Virus record (IMG/VR): IMGVR_UViG_3300005573_000058
Location: 32,001-96,000 of that record
Strand: one strand, 5' to 3'
Source: a virus
DNA length: 64,000 nt
In this document: positions 57,564-64,000 of the stretch, piece by piece
How positions within the stretch are numbered: the first letter of the stretch is position 1
Layout: each line of letters starts with the position of its first letter
Position numbers and translations under genes: made by a program
The notes under the pieces: model-generated
Told to the model about the DNA's origin: nothing
Databases searched by the model: none
The model's input: the letters and a program-made list of their open reading frames with translations, nothing else

Positions 57564-59487
57564 ACTCCAAAGAGTAAGAATGGCATCATTGTCAGATGAA
57601 GATTGGTTAGGAATATTCATATTAGAGTTTGCAAAAAGATATGAGTTTTATGGACATCTTGTGTATCAGTTTAGAAGAAGATTAGTTGATCAGAAGATAT
57701 CATATATGGGTACGCCGTTGTTTATGCAGATTGAGATGCCACTTGGAAGTTCAACATTGATAGATAGAAAATTTGTTGATGCAACTTTAGTATCATGTAT
57801 TGAAAATATGAAAACACTGCCTTTTAATCAGGTGATTGGAATTTTGCATCATGAGATATTACATTTTACTAATATGCATTCAATAAGAGGGTTAAATATT
57901 GCGAAACAAATAGCAAAAGAGGTAGGAGTATTAGATCCAAAAGAGTTATATGATAATCCTGTATTTACAGCAATTTTGAATATTGCTGCAGATGCATCTA
58001 TTAATGAATATGTTAGGGAATTTGACGAATACAGAGATGGTATAGTTACGATATCTTCTATCAACAAAGAATATAAACTGAAGTTAAGTCCTGGAGCATC
58101 TTTTGAAGAGATATTCTTCTCTTTATATAAATTTGAAAAAGATAAGATAAAGAAAGCGCAGAAAAGTATTCATGAAATAAGGAAAGTTATACAACAGATT
58201 AATCAGAAGATACAGCAAGCATCTCAGAATAGAAATAAGCAGATAAAGCAGATAACAGAGAAGCTAAAGAAAGAAGCAGGTGAGTATAATAGTAAAGCTA
58301 ATAGCCAACAGAGTCAACAGTTGAAAGATCAGGCAGATAGTATAGATCAGAAATCTGATGAGATGAAAGATGCTGAGAGTAAAGGAGATAATAGAAAGCA
58401 GCAGCAAGTAGAAGATGAAATGAAGAAAATGGCAGGTCAAATGAAAGAGCAGATAGATGAAACAGAACAACAACAGCAGGAAGAAGAAGGAAAAGATAAC
58501 CTCAATAGAATGAAAGATTTAATTAAACAGTTAGAAGACATGTTAAATGGTCAGCAACAAAATCAACAGCAAAATCAGCAACAAAATCAACAACATGAAC
58601 AGGAAGAAGGTAACGATGAAGATCAAAGTGATCAACAGAATAATAGCAGTTTAAAAGATTTGATAAATCAGCTGGAGAAAAACTTTAGCAATCAGCTGAA
58701 AGAGTTAAGAAAGCTATTATCAACACCAATAGCTTTAGCTGATGAGAAAGATAAAGATAATATAGAACAGATGACAAAAGCAAAGATATATAATGCATAT
58801 AAACAGACATCAGATAAAGGTAGAGGATCTATTCCATCGGACGTGTTAGAGATCATAGAAAGTATTGAAAAGCCAGTAAGTATACCTCTTCATCAGTTCT
58901 TAAGAAGAATAGCAAATAGTTATGCTAAACAGAATAGGACATTGTCGTTCAGGAGATATGATAAAAGATATGGTACAGTGCCTGGTGATATAGTTAGTAA
59001 TAAAGAGACTGTCGCATTTATATTAGATGTATCTGGTTCAATGTCAAATGAATTGTTAGCAGAGGGTGTTGCATTTTTGAATACTATATCGAAAGATTAT
59101 GAAACTATTATGTGTCAGATTGATACTGAACTAAAATTAGATCGGATAAAAATACTAAATAGAAGAGTAGATAAACTAGAAGTCGAAGGCAGAGGCGGAA
59201 CAGATTTTAACGATTTATTCAGATTAATGAAAGGTGAAGAACTGGAACAACATGAGATAAAGTATTATAAGTTGTTGAAAAGAGCTGCAACTGTGTTCAT
59301 ATTTACTGATACAAATGCTAGTATAGATACTAGAAGATATAATCAAAAAGAGATAAAACAATCTGTTGTATTTATAACTGATAGTAAATATATATACAAT
59401 GAAGTATTAGATTTTGGTGGTGTAGTTATAAAATATGATAAAAATAATAAGATATATGAAGTAATAAGAGGAGGCATATATGAATAA
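57547..59487 (+). CDS. HExxH metallopeptidase-like plus vWA domain protein (DUF2201-like MoxR partner)
   Basis: ILHHEILH...H..R, NIAAD..IN, Q-rich linker, ILDVSGSM (MIDAS), GRGGTDF, IFTD. Confidence 0.82.
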   Translation: MSLKDELQRVRMASLSDEDWLGIFILEFAKRYEFYGHLVYQFRRRLVDQKISYMGTPLFMQIEMPLGSSTLIDRKFVDATLVSCIENMKTLPFNQVIGILHHEILHFTNMHSIRGLNIAKQIAKEVGVLDPKELYDNPVFTAILNIAADASINEYVREFDEYRDGIVTISSINKEYKLKLSPGASFEEIFFSLYKFEKDKIKKAQKSIHEIRKVIQQINQKIQQASQNRNKQIKQITEKLKKEAGEYNSKANSQQSQQLKDQADSIDQKSDEMKDAESKGDNRKQQQVEDEMKKMAGQMKEQIDETEQQQQEEEGKDNLNRMKDLIKQLEDMLNGQQQNQQQNQQQNQQHEQEEGNDEDQSDQQNNSSLKDLINQLEKNFSNQLKELRKLLSTPIALADEKDKDNIEQMTKAKIYNAYKQTSDKGRGSIPSDVLEIIESIEKPVSIPLHQFLRRIANSYAKQNRTLSFRRYDKRYGTVPGDIVSNKETVAFILDVSGSMSNELLAEGVAFLNTISKDYETIMCQIDTELKLDRIKILNRRVDKLEVEGRGGTDFNDLFRLMKGEELEQHEIKYYKLLKRAATVFIFTDTNASIDTRRYNQKEIKQSVVFITDSKYIYNEVLDFGGVVIKYDKNNKIYEVIRGGIYE

Positions 59488-59944
59488 AAATGTAATAATT
59501 GCCTATGTAGATGGATCTTGGTCATCTAAAAATCCTGATATATCAGGATATGGTGTTGTCATTACTGATGTCAATAACAATGTAATTTATGTAGATAAAG
59601 GTTATATTACAGGAGATGCTACAGTAATGAGACAAGTAGCTGGGGAAGTAGAATCAGTTGTAAGAGCTGTTGATTATGCAATAAAGAATAAATATAGTAA
59701 GATTGTTATTAAGTATGATTATGAAGGAGTAAGAAGTTGGGTTACAGGTGACTGGGAAACAAGGAATGAGTGGACAAGAAGATATTCAGAATGGATGGAT
59801 GATGCGAAGAAAAAAGTGCTGATCAAATTTGAAAAAATAGAATCAAAAGATAATGTAGCAGATATAATGGCAAGAGCATATACGAAAGCAGGAGATGTTC
59901 ATAATAGTGAGAGTAAGTTAAAGAAGGAATTTGATTTAAGATAA
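59480..59944 (+). CDS. Stand-alone ribonuclease HI (paralog of the fused domain at 34805)
   Basis: IIAYVDGSWSS.NP, MRQVAGE, KYDYEGV..W..G.W...NEWT, DNVADIMAR...HNSES.LK. Confidence 0.85.
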   Translation: MNKNVIIAYVDGSWSSKNPDISGYGVVITDVNNNVIYVDKGYITGDATVMRQVAGEVESVVRAVDYAIKNKYSKIVIKYDYEGVRSWVTGDWETRNEWTRRYSEWMDDAKKKVLIKFEKIESKDNVADIMARAYTKAGDVHNSESKLKKEFDLR

Positions 59945-59982
59945 AGACAGTTATTATAGAAAGAGTAAAAAAGGAGGTAAAT

Positions 59983-60471
59983 ATGAATAGATTTCCAGTT
60001 TGTGCTGCTTTTTATTATGTTATAGCTAAAAGATTAGGATATAAAGAAGATGAAGCGAAGAGTTTAGGATTAGCAAGAGCAATATTTTTTGCAGCAGCAA
60101 AGACAGGATTTAAAAAAGGAACAGGGAAAGTTACAGGTTATGTTAGTTCAGATAAAAAGACAACGAAATCTAATATTGTACCAAAACAGATCATGTTTGC
60201 AGGTCTTTATACGACAGTAGTAGAAAAGAACGGCGAGTTAAGAGCTGTTGTAGGAAAAGTTATTGATCCTAAGCAGTTTGATAGATCAGTTATAAAGTCA
60301 AAGTTTAATCTTATATCACCTAAATCATTTGACTATTTTTGTGCAAAGGTAAATGATCTTATATCAGACTATACAAATGAAGAGTTGAATAATAGTAAGT
60401 TAGCTTATAGTTTATATCAGAGGATAAGAGATGAATACAGAAGTGATGAGTTTTACAAAGAGGTAAAATGA
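59983..60471 (+). CDS. Hypothetical protein
   Basis: 162 aa, MNRFPV.A...A.RLGY..DEAKSLG.A.A..FA; RBS. Confidence 0.65.
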   Translation: MNRFPVCAAFYYVIAKRLGYKEDEAKSLGLARAIFFAAAKTGFKKGTGKVTGYVSSDKKTTKSNIVPKQIMFAGLYTTVVEKNGELRAVVGKVIDPKQFDRSVIKSKFNLISPKSFDYFCAKVNDLISDYTNEELNNSKLAYSLYQRIRDEYRSDEFYKEVK

Positions 60472-61028
60472 TATATCCAATGAGTCCTGTTCCATTACTA
60501 AATCCTAAACTATTAGGCGATGTAAGAAGATATTGGCTGAACTATAAATATGATGGCTGGAGATTAATAGTAGATAAAGGTAAATTTTTTTCTAGAAGGG
60601 GGAACGAGCTGAAAGGATGGATAGGACTTGATAGATTTAAAGATCTAGGTTATGAATATCCTCTTGATTGTGAGCTCATGACGTTGGATATGAAAAGAAC
60701 ATCTATACCATCTGTTAAAAATCAAGATGTAGCTGTTCTTATTATATTGGATGTAATAGTAGAAGATGTTCCTATAGAAGATAGAATATCATTATTTCCA
60801 TCTATCTATAATAACTGTAGATATAAACATTGTGAATTTTATAGTATTGAAAATGTGGACGATATAAATAGGTATTTAGAACAGGCTATAAGAACAGGAT
60901 ACTGTGATGGCATTGTATTAAAAAAGAAAAACAGCTTATATTATCCTGGAAGGGAAGAGCAGATTATGAGCGTTGATTGGATAAAGGTAAAAGAGAGAAT
61001 AAAAGAAAATAAAAAGGAGGTCATATGA
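60468..61028 (+). CDS. Minimal ATP-dependent ligase (nucleotidyltransferase domain only)
   Basis: KYDGWR (motif I), FFSRRG, LDCE, ILDV, DGIVLKK..S.Y.PGR, WIKVK; no room for an OB-fold. Confidence 0.78.
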   Translation: MIYPMSPVPLLNPKLLGDVRRYWLNYKYDGWRLIVDKGKFFSRRGNELKGWIGLDRFKDLGYEYPLDCELMTLDMKRTSIPSVKNQDVAVLIILDVIVEDVPIEDRISLFPSIYNNCRYKHCEFYSIENVDDINRYLEQAIRTGYCDGIVLKKKNSLYYPGREEQIMSVDWIKVKERIKENKKEVI

Positions 61029-61393
61029 ATGGTGATATATTATTGTCAACTTTAACAAACGTAGCTGTTAAAAGGATATCTGATGAAATGTATGAAGTTA
61101 TAGTTGATGAGTTAGATAGACATAATGATAAAATAGCTGTATATGTGAAGTTTGTATATGGTAAGATAATATTAACAGACGACGAATATTATTATTATGA
61201 TATAATATCATGTCACGATTCATTTGATGTTCGACAGGAGGTTTTATCTATAATAAGTAAATATAATGTAAAATTAATTAGGAATGAACTGGTTATGGAG
61301 ACAAATGAGAAGAACTTAAAAGAAGATTTTATAAACTATGTAAAAGCAATAAAAGCGTTGAATACTTATTTTGATACATATAAGAAAGTATAA
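61025..61393 (+). CDS. DUF1828-like protein
   Basis: LDRHNDKIAVYV......IILTDD.Y pattern. Confidence 0.55.
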   Translation: MNGDILLSTLTNVAVKRISDEMYEVIVDELDRHNDKIAVYVKFVYGKIILTDDEYYYYDIISCHDSFDVRQEVLSIISKYNVKLIRNELVMETNEKNLKEDFINYVKAIKALNTYFDTYKKV

Positions 61394-61413
61394 ATTTAGA
61401 AAAGGAGGTAATT

Positions 61414-61725
61414 ATGAATAAGCAACAATTAAAAGAAGAACTTAAAGATGTTAAAATATTATATTTTGTTTCCAAAAATTCAACTTATACGAATTGGAAT
61501 GTGTATTATGTAAAGGATAATAGATTACATCAGATATGGATCGACACAGATGAAAAAGATATTCCAACGTTTTGGATACCTGAACATATAACGAAAAAAG
61601 GAAATCGAATAGGTGGATATTTTCAGAATACTGTACTAGGTAGTAGTAGAGTATTTGAGATAGCATTAAGTCTTAGTAGATGGCTATATAATGGTGAGCA
61701 TGAATTTGATTATGTGATTTTATAG
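61414..61725 (+). CDS. Hypothetical protein directly upstream of the RT
   Basis: 103 aa; AAGGAGGT RBS. Confidence 0.6.
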   Translation: MNKQQLKEELKDVKILYFVSKNSTYTNWNVYYVKDNRLHQIWIDTDEKDIPTFWIPEHITKKGNRIGGYFQNTVLGSSRVFEIALSLSRWLYNGEHEFDYVIL

Positions 61726-61739
61726 AAAGGAGGTTGAAA

Positions 61740-63899
61740 ATGGATAAAAGTATTTTAGCAACATATGTATATACGTTATATACATCGTTGAAAAACTCTA
61801 TAGAAAAATTATATAGTAGTAGTCCGCAAATTAAAAAAGATATTCTTACAAATAGATATTTTATGCCAGATTACAAAAATGAGTATGTTAAAGAATTTAT
61901 AAAAAAGAAAAGGACAGGTGGTATAAGAAGAATATATGAGCCATCAGGAGAGTTGAAAGAAGTTTTAGTTAATTTTGATTTATTTATGAAGTCTATATGG
62001 CTGTTTGATAATAATTATAATTATGTTATAATGAGGAAGGACGATGAAGAAGATGATGTAACAAGTTATATAGAGAAGTACAAGTATATTAAATATAAAA
62101 ATAATACAGCATTTATATTATCAACAAGAGGATCTAGTGTAGCAGGATTTGAAAAGATGATAGAAGATTACTTTTTATCTAAAAATCCAGATGATTATTT
62201 GATCATTAAAACAGATGTGAAAGATTTTTTTACATCTGTAAGATATGATGTGATGGCAAATATATTCAAAACAGTATATAGTGATTTATATAATAATTTT
62301 AGTGAGTTGACAGCTCAAATAGGTATTACGCCTTTAGAAGATTTCTTAAGTGTAATATCAGATGCTTTGGCATTATCGTTTTATAAAGGATCGTTACCGC
62401 AAGGTTTTCCGACATCTCCGTTGTTATCATATTATTATATAATAGGTAATAAGCTTTTATGTAGTGAAACTTTTTCTTTAAAACTGGCAAAGCTTTCTGC
62501 TAGAGATAAAGATAAATATAACAGAGATGACAGTTTTTATATCTGCAATAAAATACCTATTAGTTTGACAACAAGACAAAAGTTAGACTATATAATAGAT
62601 ACTATCTGTACTAAAAAGGCTGATCTGAACAAAGAGATAATAAAGGTAAGAATAGAAGATATAGTTACAAGATATGCATCTGATATATTTTTAAATGTAA
62701 TATTACAATATCCAATAAATAAGTTAGTTCATTTAAAAAAGGATCCTAAAGCAGATACTAATAGACTTAGTTGTACATTTTCTATAGTAAACTATGTCGA
62801 TGATGTTCTATTTATTATGAATAATGTGTTGATTAGAGAAGTCAGAAAATGGCAATCAAGAAAGGAATATATGAAAGCGCTTTCAGGAGATATAAAGAAT
62901 AGTATTGGTATAGGATTAGATAGAGATTTAGTTAATATGGTATATAGTGCAATTATGTATAAATTAACTGATGTATTAATGTATTTCTATTTTAATCCTG
63001 TAGATGTCCTGAATAAGAAATCTCTATCTAGACCTATGGTAATAAATAGTTATAAAATAAATGCAACAGTAAATGTCTTGTCATATCCTGAGATAGCAGA
63101 TTTGTTTTTAAAATGTTTTGTTAAGGTAAAAGAGAAATATGATAATACAACTGATACGAATGAGAAGAATGTATATCTAAGTCTTTTGTATAGATTCTTG
63201 TTGATAGATGAACTTTATGTCAGCTTATATGATGCAGAAAGTATACTGCAAGAATATAATTTCTTAAAATATAGCGATTTATATAAGCAATATAAAGAGA
63301 AGTATTTAGCACTATCTGATTTTTATCCTGAGTTGGACAAGTCGATATATTTAGATAAGTCTACTGGAACAGTAGAAAAATTAGCAAAAGAGCTGGAGGA
63401 TATGCTTTATAAAGATGATATAGATGCATATATGATTAGAATAATTGGACTGGATAAGATTGGACAGGTTATTAAGTTATATGGTAATTCATATGTAAAA
63501 GAAGAAAATGGAATATTGTATTATGATGGTGTACCAGCATTCAGTCATAGAAAAACTAGAGTTATGTTCTTTAAAACGTTGAAGAAAGTATTAGGTATGA
63601 TATGGATGAAGAATGGTAAATTATCTCCAGCAAAGTATAAATCGTACAGAGAGCAGATATTTCAGATTTTGAAAAAAATTAAAGAAAAGCCCTTGACAAA
63701 ACAGGAAATTAATATTATAATTAAGATGGACGTAAAAGATTATATAAAACAGATAGATGGTTATTTTTCTTATGCAGAAGAGTTGAAATCAGTAAGTGAT
63801 AGGAGAGCGTTTAAGGAATTTAAAGATATGTATAACAAATTCAAAGAATATGTTGCTAGTTTAGAAGAAGTAGAACAAAAACAAGGAGGTAGTATATGA
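61740..63899 (+). CDS. Reverse transcriptase (retron/UG-like motifs) with two large insertions
   Basis: FIKKKRTGGIRRIYEP..ELK, IKTDVKDFFTSV, LPQGFPTSPLLS, NYVDD, KTRV...KVLG. Start set at ATG 61740, 6 nt after AAGGAGG. Confidence 0.88.
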   Translation: MDKSILATYVYTLYTSLKNSIEKLYSSSPQIKKDILTNRYFMPDYKNEYVKEFIKKKRTGGIRRIYEPSGELKEVLVNFDLFMKSIWLFDNNYNYVIMRKDDEEDDVTSYIEKYKYIKYKNNTAFILSTRGSSVAGFEKMIEDYFLSKNPDDYLIIKTDVKDFFTSVRYDVMANIFKTVYSDLYNNFSELTAQIGITPLEDFLSVISDALALSFYKGSLPQGFPTSPLLSYYYIIGNKLLCSETFSLKLAKLSARDKDKYNRDDSFYICNKIPISLTTRQKLDYIIDTICTKKADLNKEIIKVRIEDIVTRYASDIFLNVILQYPINKLVHLKKDPKADTNRLSCTFSIVNYVDDVLFIMNNVLIREVRKWQSRKEYMKALSGDIKNSIGIGLDRDLVNMVYSAIMYKLTDVLMYFYFNPVDVLNKKSLSRPMVINSYKINATVNVLSYPEIADLFLKCFVKVKEKYDNTTDTNEKNVYLSLLYRFLLIDELYVSLYDAESILQEYNFLKYSDLYKQYKEKYLALSDFYPELDKSIYLDKSTGTVEKLAKELEDMLYKDDIDAYMIRIIGLDKIGQVIKLYGNSYVKEENGILYYDGVPAFSHRKTRVMFFKTLKKVLGMIWMKNGKLSPAKYKSYREQIFQILKKIKEKPLTKQEINIIIKMDVKDYIKQIDGYFSYAEELKSVSDRRAFKEFKDMYNKFKEYVASLEEVEQKQGGSI
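63693..63721 (+). promoter_or_regulatory. Perfect sigma70 consensus promoter inside the RT 3' end
   Basis: TTGACA (63693)-17 nt-TATAAT (63716). Confidence 0.65.
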
Positions 63900-64000
63900 A
63901 AAAGCTGCCAAATGAGTTATGGTCGCCTAATAAAGTTAAAATATTTGGTAAAGGTCAGTTATCAGATAACGAGTTTACAAGGCTAGTTATAGCTATTGAT
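63896..64000 (+). CDS. Gene translationally coupled to the RT (partial, runs off the right edge)
   Basis: ATGA overlap with the RT stop, AAGGAGGT RBS; MKKLPNELWSPNKVKIFGKGQLSDNEFTRLVIAID... Confidence 0.6.
   Translation, partial: MKKLPNELWSPNKVKIFGKGQLSDNEFTRLVIAID

Noticed and set aside
58180-58660. Q/N-rich repeats in the vWA protein
   Set aside because: Ordinary low-complexity linker for this family.
33881-61666. Numerous minus-strand ORFs antisense to plus-arm genes, and plus-strand ORFs inside structural genes (e.g. 24750-25349, 12050-12493)
   Set aside because: Shadow frames of real genes; no RBS or recognisable motifs.
61740-63899. RT as DGR, group II intron or canonical retron
   Set aside because: No TR/VR pair or avd gene seen and motif 4 is PQG..TSP; no intron RNA flanks or maturase/HNH domain; no NAxxH and no adjacent upstream gap for msr-msd (14 nt). 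Downstream context is outside the window.

Overview
A 64-kb segment of a large, AT-rich (about 28-30% GC by eye), contractile-tailed dsDNA phage using the standard genetic code and strong AAGGAGG ribosome-binding sites. The left half (1-32.7 kb, minus strand) holds the virion, packaging and lysis module: partial tape measure, chaperones, three tail-tube-fold paralogs, sheath, neck, major capsid, protease/scaffold, portal, terminase, amidase and lytic transglycosylase. A small methyltransferase/GT2/FmdB/NlpC-P60 operon follows. After a repeat-rich strand switch at about 33 kb, the plus strand carries: (i) a single-chain two-barrel (DxDGD, YonO/eukaryotic-RdRP-like) polymerase fused to RNase H, plus a second unfused paralog and a stand-alone paralog of the RNase H domain; (ii) a 6.3-kb array of 11 single-gene cassettes separated by a modular, covarying stem-loop element, with cargo including an AcrIII-1/DUF1874 ring nuclease; (iii) tRNA-Glu, a frameshifted TROVE/Ro60 fragment, and a helically phased cluster of DnaA boxes next to an AT-rich palindrome; (iv) a family of small Cys-rich proteins; and (v) a long operon headed by a two-unit structured RNA-like repeat and running through a MoxR ATPase, vWA/metallopeptidase, RNase H, a minimal ATP-dependent ligase and a 719-aa reverse transcriptase with two large insertions and a coupled downstream gene. 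The best candidate for a new system is the co-occurrence of the RT, two RNase H domains, two minimal two-barrel polymerases and the structured cassette and ncRNA arrays. Any functional link among them is inference. All calls are by-eye motif recognition; no searches were run.
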